From: Solirubrobacteraceae bacterium
GTDB lineage: Bacteria > Actinomycetota > Thermoleophilia > Solirubrobacterales > Solirubrobacteraceae
Direction: 5' to 3'
NCBI GenBank assembly: GCA_049697735.1
Contig: JBAVWI010000020.1
Location: 7,174 to 71,173 of the forward strand
DNA: 64,000 bases
The stretch's first letter is position 1, and each line of letters starts with the position of its first letter. The translations under genes and the position numbers were made by a program. Positions 15,958 to 24,170 of the stretch are shown here, piece after piece. The notes beneath the pieces are model-generated. The model searched no databases and was not told the DNA's origin. It was given only the letters and a program-made list of their open reading frames with translations.

Positions 15958-16385
15958 GACGGTGTCGCGGCTTTTCGCTTCATCGATCGCGTCTGGCCCG
16001 GGTCCGGGCGCGCCTCACTTGCGGCTTCCCGTCGATCAGACGCGGCGAGTCCTCGCTCGTAGTTCGTACGCAGCAGCGCCAGTACTTCGAACACAGCCCG
16101 GTCGCGGTCGAGCGCGATCGTCACCCACCCTGAGTCCGGACGCCAGCGATGCTCGCGGGCGGCGCCGGCAGCAACCAGACGATCGCGCAGCGCCCGCGGG
16201 AGCGGCAGGTCGGCGATTCGATCGCCGTGGAGATGCCCGAGCTCGCGGCGGTGCAGGTAGAAGGCAGTTGCACCGAAGCGACCGCGTTCTGTGTGTACCC
16301 CGGACCAGCTGAGCACCTCGGTGAGGATGCGCCGGCTGGGGACCAGGTTGGTGTGGCGAGGGATCATCTGCTGTCTCATGTCCAT
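15954..16385 (-). CDS. small 'luciferase-family'/DUF5519-like protein
   Basis: LSWSGVHTERGRFGATAFYLHRRELGHLHGDRIADLPLP matches my memory of that family. Start trimmed to ATG 16385 (or 16379). Confidence 0.55.
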   Translation of the reverse strand: MDMRQQMIPRHTNLVPSRRILTEVLSWSGVHTERGRFGATAFYLHRRELGHLHGDRIADLPLPRALRDRLVAAGAAREHRWRPDSGWVTIALDRDRAVFEVLALLRTNYERGLAASDRREAASEARPDPGQTRSMKRKAATPS

Positions 16386-16532
16386 GCTCTTTCTCGAAGG
16401 TGCCGTCTGCTTGCTCGACGTAACGGCGACCAGGGATGTGACATTGGCGGGCCGGCGCACGCGTGGCCCCCCAAAAATGTTGGACGCAGCGATGGGTTCT
16501 CACGTTCTTCGCGCCCCACACGTTGAAGTGTC

Positions 16533-17192
16533 ATGAACAACCCGACTCTGCGGCTCTATGACTACGCCGCGTCCTGCAACTGCTACAAAGTCCGACTGCT
16601 CCTGGCGCATCTGGCACGCCCGTATGAGCGCGTCTCGGTCGACATCTTCAGCGGAGAGACACTCACCGACGCGTACGCGCGTATCAACCCGATGCGCACC
16701 ACACCGGTCCTGGAGACTGGCGAGGGCCGCCGTCTCGCTGAGTCCGCGGCGATCCTCGTGTATCTCGCGCGCGGCACGAAATATCTGCCAGACGACACGT
16801 TGGAGCTCGCGGACGTCATTCGTTGGCTTATCTACGAGCAAACCGACGTGATCCCGATGATCGGCGGACTGCGCTTCCGGCTCTTAACCGGCCGGCTGAC
16901 TCGTGAAGATCCGGAGGCGGTACGTCGCTTCAAATCCGGCGAGGAGATCCTCGCCTTGCTCGACGGGCACCTCGCCAAGCACGAGTTCTTTGTCTCCGAG
17001 CGCTACACGATTGCCGACGTTGCCCTCTATGGCTACCTCCACGTTGCCGCCGACGCCGGGTTCATCGTGCAGCCCTATCCCCATCTGCTCGCGTGGCTGC
17101 AACGCGTCACGCGCCAACCCGGTTACATCAACGACCTCGCGCCGTACGGCGAGAACGCCGCGCCTGGCGCCGGGCGGTCCGTCTACGACTGA
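16533..17192 (+). CDS. glutathione S-transferase family protein
   Basis: 219 aa. LRLYDYAASCNCYKVRLLLA...NPMRTTPVLE...LAESAAILVYLA thioredoxin-like N-domain, plus a helical C-domain. Confidence 0.85.
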   Translation: MNNPTLRLYDYAASCNCYKVRLLLAHLARPYERVSVDIFSGETLTDAYARINPMRTTPVLETGEGRRLAESAAILVYLARGTKYLPDDTLELADVIRWLIYEQTDVIPMIGGLRFRLLTGRLTREDPEAVRRFKSGEEILALLDGHLAKHEFFVSERYTIADVALYGYLHVAADAGFIVQPYPHLLAWLQRVTRQPGYINDLAPYGENAAPGAGRSVYD

Positions 17193-17213
17193 GTCCGCGT
17201 TCTCGCCGCGGAC
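17193..17213. terminator. short hairpin between convergent GST and ArsR genes
   Basis: GTCCGCG-ttctcgc-CGCGGAC: 7-bp stem directly after the GST stop. Confidence 0.3.
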
Positions 17214-17276
17214 CTTCGCCGACTGGTGCAAGCGCCACGCCCGCGCGTTAAGGGAGCCGGCCCCCCGCGTGCCCGG

Positions 17277-17594
17277 CTACGGCAGCGCATGAGACCAGGT
17301 TGCGGACCACGCGGTCACCTCACCCAGCGGATCAGGCGTCAGCTCATAGATTCGCCGGCCGCCCTGCTCGGTGTACGTCACGATCGACGCGCGCCGCAGC
17401 ACCGCGAGGTGCTCGGAGACCGTGGATTGGCAGCTCGCGAACGATGCCGCAATCTCCCCCGCCGTGTGGGGGCGCTGCACGAGCAGATCGATGATCCCTC
17501 GACGCGTCGGGTCTGCGATCGCGCGAAAGACGTCATCGGAAGCAGCCGGGCGCGCCACGGCCACAATGATAGGTTTTCGTCGAAACCCGAACAT
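17277..17594 (-). CDS. ArsR/SmtB family transcriptional regulator
   Basis: VFRAIADPTRRGIIDLLVQRPHTAGEIAASFASCQSTVSEHLAVLRRA. Start set to ATG 17594 (the listed start is TTG 17603). Confidence 0.85.
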   Translation of the reverse strand: MFGFRRKPIIVAVARPAASDDVFRAIADPTRRGIIDLLVQRPHTAGEIAASFASCQSTVSEHLAVLRRASIVTYTEQGGRRIYELTPDPLGEVTAWSATWSHALP

Positions 17595-17605
17595 GAGGAG
17601 CAAGC

Positions 17606-17983
17606 ATGCAACGCGTCACCGTCGTATCCGTGCCCGTGGGCGACCAAGCCGCCGCAAGGCGCTTCTACGTTGAACAGCTGGGCTTCGACCTGCTCGCCGA
17701 AGCAACGTTCGGCGACGACTTGCACTGGATGCAGGTCGGCCCCCCGGACAGCCAAGCCTCACTCACGCTCGTGACCTGGTTTGACGAAATGCCAGCTGGC
17801 TCGTTGCGCGGTCTGGTCATCGAGTCCGACGACCTCGAACACGACTACGTGGAGATGGTCTCCCGCGGCGTCTCGTTCCTCGCCCCGCCGTCGCCGCAGC
17901 CCGGCGGCACGTTCGCCACGTTCGTCGATCCCGACGGCAACCAGATCAGCCTTCGGCAAGCCGACAGCCCCACCAACGTCTAG
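17606..17983 (+). CDS. VOC (glyoxalase/bleomycin-resistance/dioxygenase) family protein
   Basis: 125 aa. VPVGDQAAARRFYVEQLGFDL...FVDPDGNQISL. GAGGAG ribosome-binding site upstream. Divergent from the ArsR gene with an 11-bp gap. Confidence 0.85.
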   Translation: MQRVTVVSVPVGDQAAARRFYVEQLGFDLLAEATFGDDLHWMQVGPPDSQASLTLVTWFDEMPAGSLRGLVIESDDLEHDYVEMVSRGVSFLAPPSPQPGGTFATFVDPDGNQISLRQADSPTNV

Positions 17984-18322
17984 GTTCAGTCGGGTCCTAA
18001 GACTGTCGCCGGCCGACCCGCGAAGCAAACGATGCGCCCCGTCTGGCTAGCCATCCCTGGTGCGCTAAAGACGTCACGTTCAGGGCCTTTGGAGCGTCAT
18101 ACAAGGTGCGAGCGCTTGCGGTCGGAGCGCTCCGTAAGACCATTGACCAGTCAAAGTTACGGCCCGGACATGCCACCATCGCTCACCGAGACGGACTCCA
18201 TCGGTCAACGTCGGCGGATCTTACGGACGGTTCGGCTGGTCCGGCGGGGCGTCTGACCGGCGTCGCGCACTGACCGCACGGGGGCGCGGGGGCCCAGGCC
18301 GATCCGGCTGAGGCGGCGGGTC

Positions 18323-19141
18323 GTGGGAGCCGTCGTGCTCGCCACGGCGACCGTCACCCTGCTTTTGGCCGTGCCGCCATTGCGCGGAGTCGCTCACCAG
18401 ATATCGGGGATGAACCCTGGCTGGATCGCCGCTGCCATGGTCCTCGAGGTCGCGTCGTGCGCGGCCTATGTGGTGATTTTTCGTCTGTTCTTCGCGGAGG
18501 TGCCTGCTGGGCTTGCCCGCCGGCTCGCATGGGCCGAGGAGGCGTCTGGCGCCCTGCTGCCGACTGGTGGCCTCGGAGCTCTCGCGGTCGGCGGCTGGCT
18601 CTTGCGCCAGGCGGGAATGTCGACCCGGCGAGTCGTCGAAAGCTCCAGTGCCCTGTTCTTTCTGACCAGCGGGATGAATGTCGCTGCGCTTGTCGTCGGC
18701 GGTGCCGTGGGCTACCTCGGTTTTGACATCGCCGCGCTCGGACCACTGTTCGCCGCCACCGGCGATGCGATCCCGGTCGACACGCTCGTCTTGGGCTACG
18801 TGATTGGCTACATCGCCAATGTGCTTCCCGTACCGGGCGGCTTCGGGGTGCTGGAGGGAGGTCTGGCCGGAATGTTGATCGCCTACGGGGCTCCCCCCAC
18901 CCGGGGCGCCGCCGCGGTCGTCGTCTACCACGCGATCGCGTTCTGGATCCCAAGCCTGGGTGGCCTAGTCGGCTATGCGCTCCTCCTTCGCCGCGAGGCG
19001 CGCGAGACGCACCTTCAGACGCCGCGCCGGGACAGCTCAACCCCGCGATCCTGCCTCCCGCCGAGGCATCGCAGACATGAGGTCACCGGAGAACCGAGGC
19101 AAGGGCCGCGAACCGCTGTCGGCGGGACCCGCGGTCGCTAG
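18323..19141 (+). CDS. lysylphosphatidylglycerol-synthase-TM-like (UPF0104 flippase-like) membrane protein
   Basis: Multi-pass membrane protein with YVIGYIANVLPVPGGFGVLEGGLAGML, typical of that family. GTG start. An upstream ORF (18032-18256) lies in the same frame, separated by a single TGA. Confidence 0.65.
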   Translation: MGAVVLATATVTLLLAVPPLRGVAHQISGMNPGWIAAAMVLEVASCAAYVVIFRLFFAEVPAGLARRLAWAEEASGALLPTGGLGALAVGGWLLRQAGMSTRRVVESSSALFFLTSGMNVAALVVGGAVGYLGFDIAALGPLFAATGDAIPVDTLVLGYVIGYIANVLPVPGGFGVLEGGLAGMLIAYGAPPTRGAAAVVVYHAIAFWIPSLGGLVGYALLLRREARETHLQTPRRDSSTPRSCLPPRHRRHEVTGEPRQGPRTAVGGTRGR

Positions 19142-19425
19142 CGCTCACTGCTCGACGGCCAGCCTCGAGCCTCGATCAGCTCCACGATCGTCTCGCGCCG
19201 CAGGCCATCGAGTTCCATGGCCTCTATGGCTTGGCTGGTGGCCCGGACCTCGTGCCAAGCCGCAACGTCCGGGACCTCAGCGATCAGGCCGACCCGGTTA
19301 GAGCCCCCGGGATCTCTAAACGGCCGTGCCGTGATCCCGAGCGGCGTGAAGAGCTCGTCACGCCGAGGTGACGAGAGCCAGAGCTCGACGTCCTCGACCT
19401 CATGGATGATGAGCAGCGTTGCCAT
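19138..19425 (-). CDS. hypothetical protein
   Basis: 95-aa ORF with good codon bias by eye. It lies downstream of, and on the same strand as, the sigma-factor gene. No recognised motif. Confidence 0.4.
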   Translation of the reverse strand: MATLLIIHEVEDVELWLSSPRRDELFTPLGITARPFRDPGGSNRVGLIAEVPDVAAWHEVRATSQAIEAMELDGLRRETIVELIEARGWPSSSER

Positions 19426-19455
19426 GGTCCTCCGTTTCGGCGGTCGGCGTGACGG

Positions 19456-20409
19456 TCAGGGGTGCCGTGGGCCGGCGAGGTTCGCGGGGGGAGCTGATCC
19501 TGCGAGCTCGCTCCGATCTGGGCACTCGAGCGTTCCGAGTTTCTCGGGATTGCGGACGATGTCGATCTCGGTGATCAGGCCTCGGTCGAGCGTGAACGAG
19601 ACCACGCTCGGAGTGCCGCGGATGTCGAGCAGCAGACCAGGAGCCCCGTTGACGTACAGCGGCGAGAATCTCAGTCGCTCCCCGAAGTGGCCGGCCATCG
19701 CTGTGAAGATCCTCGCGACGCGCTCGGCCCCGGTGAGCACCTTGCGCGCCGCGGAGACCAGCCCGCCGCCGTCGCTGCGGAACGTCACCGCGGGATCGAG
19801 CAGCTCGACCAGGGACGCGATGTCGCCGTTCTGTGTCGCTTCGAGGAAGGCTTGGACGACCTTGTGTTGCTCTTCGGGTGCCGCCGGGCAGCGGGGCCGG
19901 CGGGCCTCGACCGCGCGTCGCGCGCGGGACGCGATCTGACGGGTCGCCGCTGGGGTCCGACCGACCACTCGCGCGACCTCCGAGAATGAGTAGCCAAACA
20001 CGTCGTGCAGCAGAAACGCGCTGCGTTCCGCCGGGGAGAGCGACTCGAGGATGACCATCAGCGCCATGCTCACGGAGTCGTCGAGCTCGACCCGGCCTGC
20101 TGGATCGGCGCCTTCAGCGGGTTGTTGGACGAGCGGCTCGGGGAGCCACGGGCCGACGTAACGCTCCCGTCGGCTGCGGGCTGAAGTGAGTACGTCGAGC
20201 GAGAGCCGGGCGACGACCGTGGTCATCCACGCCCGCAGGTCGCGAATTTCTTTGCCGTCCACGCTGACCAGTCGCAGCCACGCCTCCTGCACCACGTCCT
20301 CAGCCTCGGTGAGACTTCCGAGGTGACTGTAGGCGACCCGCAACAGGTACGGCCGCAGACGCTCAAACTCGCCCGACACCGCCTCGTCGACGGTCTCTTG
20401 CATCATCAC
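19456..20409 (-). CDS. ECF41-type (SigJ-like) RNA polymerase sigma factor with SnoaL-like C-terminal extension
   Basis: 317 aa. Sigma2 (EDVVQEAWLRL) and sigma4 regions are present, with the group motifs WLPEP (GPWLPEPL), DGGG (RSDGGGLV) and NPEKL near the C-terminus. Start overlaps the stop of the upstream CMD gene. Confidence 0.85.
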   Translation of the reverse strand: MMMQETVDEAVSGEFERLRPYLLRVAYSHLGSLTEAEDVVQEAWLRLVSVDGKEIRDLRAWMTTVVARLSLDVLTSARSRRERYVGPWLPEPLVQQPAEGADPAGRVELDDSVSMALMVILESLSPAERSAFLLHDVFGYSFSEVARVVGRTPAATRQIASRARRAVEARRPRCPAAPEEQHKVVQAFLEATQNGDIASLVELLDPAVTFRSDGGGLVSAARKVLTGAERVARIFTAMAGHFGERLRFSPLYVNGAPGLLLDIRGTPSVVSFTLDRGLITEIDIVRNPEKLGTLECPDRSELAGSAPPANLAGPRHP

Positions 20410-20888
20410 TGGACCGTAGCCTCCAATAGTTGACCCGGCTGATAATGACCGGGCTCCATGCGCGCCGCGATCGCCAAGCGGTTCCAGGCGTTGATCGCCG
20501 CGATCGCGAACACGAGCTGTCCCAGTTCTTCATCTGCGAACTGTCCGCTTGCCCGCTCCCATACCGCGTCGGGCACCTGATCTTCCACAATCAAGGTCAT
20601 TGCCTCGGCCAGCTCAAGCGCGGCGCGCTCGCGATCGCTGTAAAGGGGACTCTCGCGCCAAGCGTCCAACGAGTACAACCGCTCCTCGGTATTGCCGGCC
20701 GCGCGGGCGTCCTTCCAATGCATGTCAAGGCAGAACGCACACCGGTTGATCTGCGAGGCGCGAAGCTTCACAAGCTCTCGCAACTCGCCGGGAAGCTCAA
20801 TTGATGTCTCCAGCCTGAACATCGCGGCGTACGACCTCGGTGCCAGCTTTGAGAGTTGCAGTCGTCCGGCCGGAATCGGGCTGCTCAT
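20406..20888 (-). CDS. carboxymuconolactone decarboxylase / AhpD-like family protein
   Basis: LRASQINRCAFCLDMHWKDA (CxxC of AhpD-like CMD proteins). AAGGAG ribosome-binding site. Co-oriented with, and overlapping, the sigma-factor gene. Confidence 0.85.
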   Translation of the reverse strand: MSSPIPAGRLQLSKLAPRSYAAMFRLETSIELPGELRELVKLRASQINRCAFCLDMHWKDARAAGNTEERLYSLDAWRESPLYSDRERAALELAEAMTLIVEDQVPDAVWERASGQFADEELGQLVFAIAAINAWNRLAIAARMEPGHYQPGQLLEATVQ

Positions 20889-20919
20889 ATTCAGTGCTCC
20901 TTTTGCCTATTTGATGTGA

Positions 20920-20946
20920 GACGAGACAGGCGGCCAGAATGTGACG
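20920..20946 (-). promoter_or_regulatory. ECF41-type promoter CGTCACA-N16-CGTC upstream of the CMD-sigma operon
   Basis: Read on the minus strand: CGTCACA (20946-20940), 16-nt spacer, CGTC (20923-20920), 31 nt before ATG 20888. This matches the remembered ECF41 consensus TGTCACA-N16-CGTC with one mismatch. Confidence 0.6.
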
Positions 20947-20998
20947 TCGAGCCTTGGCGCGATCCGAACTCCGGTGGTCACGCTCGCCCTCGTATCGC

Positions 20999-21430
20999 TC
21001 AAACGGGTTGCGCGGTCTCGCATCTCGTCTTGAGGCCCTCGGCTTCCATCTGCACGTACTGTTTGGTTCGGCCTCCGGCGAGCAGCGCGACTGCCGCAGC
21101 AAATGGTCCGGATTGATGGATGCCGAGGGTGACCGCGGTGCGATTGCCAGCGGTCGACCGGACGTGATGGGTACCGAGCGTGGTGATCCCGGGACTCGAG
21201 CTTCGCCACGAGAACGACTTGCCCGGATCGAACTCCGTGACCTCCCAGATGAGGGCTGGCATCCGGGGTTGGCGAACCCGGACCGTCTTACCCGTGGCCA
21301 GTTCACCGCCGTCCAGCTTGGTGACCTCGCGCATCGATCCCGTCCACTTGGGCCAGCGCTCCACGTCCACCAGAGTCGCCCACACTCGCTCTGGCGGGGC
21401 CGCAATCTCGAACGTCATCTCGTAGTTCAA
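20999..21430 (-). CDS. SRPBCC (polyketide cyclase/dehydrase-like) family protein
   Basis: 143 aa. FEIAAPPERVWATLVDVERWPKWTGSM is a typical SRPBCC opening. Confidence 0.75.
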   Translation of the reverse strand: MNYEMTFEIAAPPERVWATLVDVERWPKWTGSMREVTKLDGGELATGKTVRVRQPRMPALIWEVTEFDPGKSFSWRSSSPGITTLGTHHVRSTAGNRTAVTLGIHQSGPFAAAVALLAGGRTKQYVQMEAEGLKTRCETAQPV

Positions 21431-21489
21431 AACGCCTCCTAGTGTCCGAGCGTGCTCAGGGGATCGTCGCCTTCGAGGGCGTGGTGCGC

Positions 21490-21966
21490 CTAAACCTCGT
21501 TGACGCCTGCAGTGACGGTGGCTCTCGCTGGTGGCATGGAAATCACGCCGAGCTGTCGCACCTGCGCGAGGACGTCGACGATCCCCCAGGTCTCAACGAT
21601 TCGCCCATCAACGAAACGGACGAGGAAAACCTCGTTGTAGGTGACTGACCTCCCGGTTGGTTGGACACCCATGTATTCGCCCTGGTGGGTGCCGGTGACG
21701 GACTGGCGGCTGACGACCTTGTCGCCCTCCTCGATTAGATCATCGATGGTGATGTGAAGGTCGGGGAAGGCTCGATGCAGCCTGGCGAACACCTCCTTCA
21801 GTAGCTGTGCCCCGGTTGCTTGAATCGGCAACGGCGTGTGGATCAGCGCGGCGGGCTCGACGAGCTCGTCGATGGTGTTCGAGATGAGCGTTGCGTCGCC
21901 GCTGTTCATGGCGTCCTGAAAACGTCTGACCGCTGCCTTGTTGCTTGTTTGCTGGGCTGTTGACAT
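21490..21966 (-). CDS. SnoaL-like ester cyclase family protein
   Basis: NKAAVRRFQDAMNSGD...VTGTHQGEYMGVQPTGRSVTYNEVFLVRFVDGRIVETWG. Start trimmed to MSTAQQ. Confidence 0.75.
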   Translation of the reverse strand: MSTAQQTSNKAAVRRFQDAMNSGDATLISNTIDELVEPAALIHTPLPIQATGAQLLKEVFARLHRAFPDLHITIDDLIEEGDKVVSRQSVTGTHQGEYMGVQPTGRSVTYNEVFLVRFVDGRIVETWGIVDVLAQVRQLGVISMPPARATVTAGVNEV

Positions 21967-22057
21967 TTGCTTCTCTCTGGTCGATGTGGATGCTCGGATG
22001 GTTACGAGCAATCGAACCGCCCGCGAACCGCTGCGTGTCCGGCAGGCGCGTCGGAGT

Positions 22058-22978
22058 TCATTTCGCCTTCTTCACTAGTGCTCCGAGGTCGCCGACTGGC
22101 CCGAGGTGGGCGAGCTTGTCGGGGTTGACGATCGAGTTGATGCTCGTGATCTGGCCGCTGGCGATCTCGAGCGCGACGACGGCGATCAGCCGTTCTTGTG
22201 CGTCGAGGTAGAGCGCTCCCGGCCCGCCGTTGACTTCGACGCCGCGCCACGACACCCACGGACGGCTCGTGTTTTGGCGGGTTGAGTAGTCGATCAGGGT
22301 GCGCGCGACACGGCTGCGGCCGCGCAGCACGCGCGCGAGGGCCGGCGCCTTGCCGCCACCGTCGCCGGTCATCGTCACGTCGGCAGCCAGCAGCGCCTCA
22401 AGCCCGGTGAGATCGCCTTGCTCGGCGGCGTCAAAGAAGCGTTGTGCGAGGTCGTCGCGCTGCTCGCGGGTGGTTTGAAAGCGCGGGCGGCGCTCCTCGA
22501 CGTGGCGTCTAGCGCGGGTCGCGAGCTGGCGCACGTTGTCCTCGCGCTTTCCGACGATCGTCGCGATCTCCGCGTACCCGTAATCAAACACGTCGTGAAG
22601 CAGCAGCACGGCGCGTTGCTCGGGCGAGAGGCTTTCCAGTAGCACCAGCATGGCCAGCGACAGCGAGTCGGCCGTCTCGGCGTGCCGGGCGGGATCATCC
22701 TCACCGTCGGTGAGGATCGGCTCGGGCAGCCACTCACCGACGTAGCGTTCGCGGCGCACGCGCGCTCGGCGTAGCTCGTTGATCGCCAGCCGGGTGGTGA
22801 TCGTGGCAACGAACGCTCGTGGCGACGCGAGCTGCTCGCCGGCCTGGAGCGCCTGATGGACCCGCAGCAGCGCTTCCTGGACCACGTCCTCGGCCTCAGA
22901 AACGCTGCCCAGCATCCGATACGCGATCGCGAACGCGACCGGCCGCAGCTCGTCAAGCAGTCGCTCGCGATCAGTCAT
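22058..22978 (-). CDS. ECF41-type (SigJ-like) sigma factor with SnoaL-like C-terminal extension
   Basis: AEDVVQEALLRV, WLPEP (GEWLPEPIL), DGGGK (TGDGGGKAP) and NPDKL (IVNPDKLAHL). Start ATG 22978 overlaps the stop of the epimerase gene (ATGA). Confidence 0.88.
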   Translation of the reverse strand: MTDRERLLDELRPVAFAIAYRMLGSVSEAEDVVQEALLRVHQALQAGEQLASPRAFVATITTRLAINELRRARVRRERYVGEWLPEPILTDGEDDPARHAETADSLSLAMLVLLESLSPEQRAVLLLHDVFDYGYAEIATIVGKREDNVRQLATRARRHVEERRPRFQTTREQRDDLAQRFFDAAEQGDLTGLEALLAADVTMTGDGGGKAPALARVLRGRSRVARTLIDYSTRQNTSRPWVSWRGVEVNGGPGALYLDAQERLIAVVALEIASGQITSINSIVNPDKLAHLGPVGDLGALVKKAK

Positions 22979-23910
22979 GGCGCTACGAAACCCTGCCGCC
23001 AGCTCGAGTGCGCAGGTATCCACGCCAGCTCTCGCTTAGCCTTGGCGTTCGACGCGCCGCGGACGTCGGTCATCATCACCACGCCGGCCTCCCCGGCGAA
23101 CAGCCGCCCAATGAACCGCGGGACGCGCGTCGGCCGCTTGGCGCCGAGCTCCTGAGCCAGCGCCGGCAGCCACTCGGAAACTGGCGCGGGATCATCGTCG
23201 ACCACGTTGTAGACACCGCGACTGCCGTGCGCGATCGCCGCCACGGTCGCCTCGGCCGCGTCGGCGACGTGGATGAAAGACCACACGCCGCCACCGTCGC
23301 CAACCAGCGGGAACCTGCGCCTGCGGACCAACTCGAACTGGTCCTCGCCTGGCGCCATCGACGTGCCCGGCCCGTAGAAGACCCCGTAGCGCAGCACGAT
23401 CCCCTCGGTCCACTCCGCCCCTAGAACGGCCTTCTCGAGATGACCGATCGCGGCCAACGTCTCGCGCATCTCGCGCGCGGGTGACCGGTCGAGCGGATCC
23501 TCCTCGCTCTTCACTGGCCCGCCGGTGCGCGCATAAGCGCCGTAGCTGCCGATCCCTTGGGCCACGAACCGCCGTACCCCAATCGCATGTCCGGCGGAGA
23601 GCAGATGATCGGTCGCCTCGGTCCGCAGACGGTTGGTCAGCGCGAAACCGCGATCAAAGTGGCGCATGTCGATCGCACCAATCGCTGTCAGGTGATGGAC
23701 GATCACGTCCGGCCGCGACCGCGCCACGGCCTCGGCTACCTGATCGGGATCGAGCGCGTCCGCGACCACCGGGACAGCGCCCAGTTCGGAAAGCATCGAC
23801 TGCTTTGAAGCGCGGCGCGTCATCCCGTGAACCTCATGACCCGCTGCAACCAGACGCGGCACCAACTGCCTTCCAATCGCTCCTGTCGAGCCTGCCACAA
23901 ACACTCTCAT
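22975..23910 (-). CDS. NAD(P)-dependent epimerase/dehydratase (atypical SDR) family protein
   Basis: MRVFVAGSTGAIGRQLVPRLVAAGHEVHGMTR Rossmann opening. Start set to ATG 23910 with an AGGAG 6 nt upstream (the listed start is TTG 23916). Confidence 0.85.
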   Translation of the reverse strand: MRVFVAGSTGAIGRQLVPRLVAAGHEVHGMTRRASKQSMLSELGAVPVVADALDPDQVAEAVARSRPDVIVHHLTAIGAIDMRHFDRGFALTNRLRTEATDHLLSAGHAIGVRRFVAQGIGSYGAYARTGGPVKSEEDPLDRSPAREMRETLAAIGHLEKAVLGAEWTEGIVLRYGVFYGPGTSMAPGEDQFELVRRRRFPLVGDGGGVWSFIHVADAAEATVAAIAHGSRGVYNVVDDDPAPVSEWLPALAQELGAKRPTRVPRFIGRLFAGEAGVVMMTDVRGASNAKAKRELAWIPAHSSWRQGFVAP

Positions 23911-23947
23911 CGTCAACTCCTAGACCGAGGACCACCCGCACCCATGA

Positions 23948-23974
23948 GACGCGACAGCGTCCCCGGTTGTGACA
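23948..23974 (-). promoter_or_regulatory. ECF41-type promoter TGTCACA-N16-CGTC upstream of the epimerase-sigma operon
   Basis: Minus strand: TGTCACA (23974-23968), exactly 16 nt, CGTC (23951-23948), about 37 nt before ATG 23910. Perfect match to the remembered consensus. Confidence 0.7.
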
Positions 23975-24107
23975 GCTCCCAGGGGCAAGCGTGATCCTGA
24001 TCACCCTCCATCTGTACCTCGTGGCAAAGCTTGGGACGACTGCGCCCCCGTGGACGCGCGTCGACGACCGTCCGGATGTTGACGTGTCGCGCGAGATCTG
24101 ACCGGCC

Positions 24108-24134
24108 GGTCACATCCGGAGCGTCTCGTCCGTC
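24108..24134 (+). promoter_or_regulatory. ECF41-type promoter GGTCACA-N16-CGTC upstream of the third sigma gene
   Basis: GGTCACA (24108-24114), 16-nt spacer, CGTC (24131-24134), 36 nt before GTG 24171. A GGAGGA ribosome-binding site lies in between. Confidence 0.6.
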
Positions 24135-24170
24135 ATCGTCTCCAGAGCGTTCAAACGGAGGACCGAAACC

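Noticed and set aside
21650-21668. CCTCCCGGTTGGTTGGAC, resembling the right arm (GGTTGGTTG) of the supercluster operator.
   Set aside because: It lies inside the SnoaL-like cyclase coding sequence (encoding ...VQPTGR...). The left half CCTCC has two mismatches, and it is 15 kb outside the regulon. This is most likely chance.
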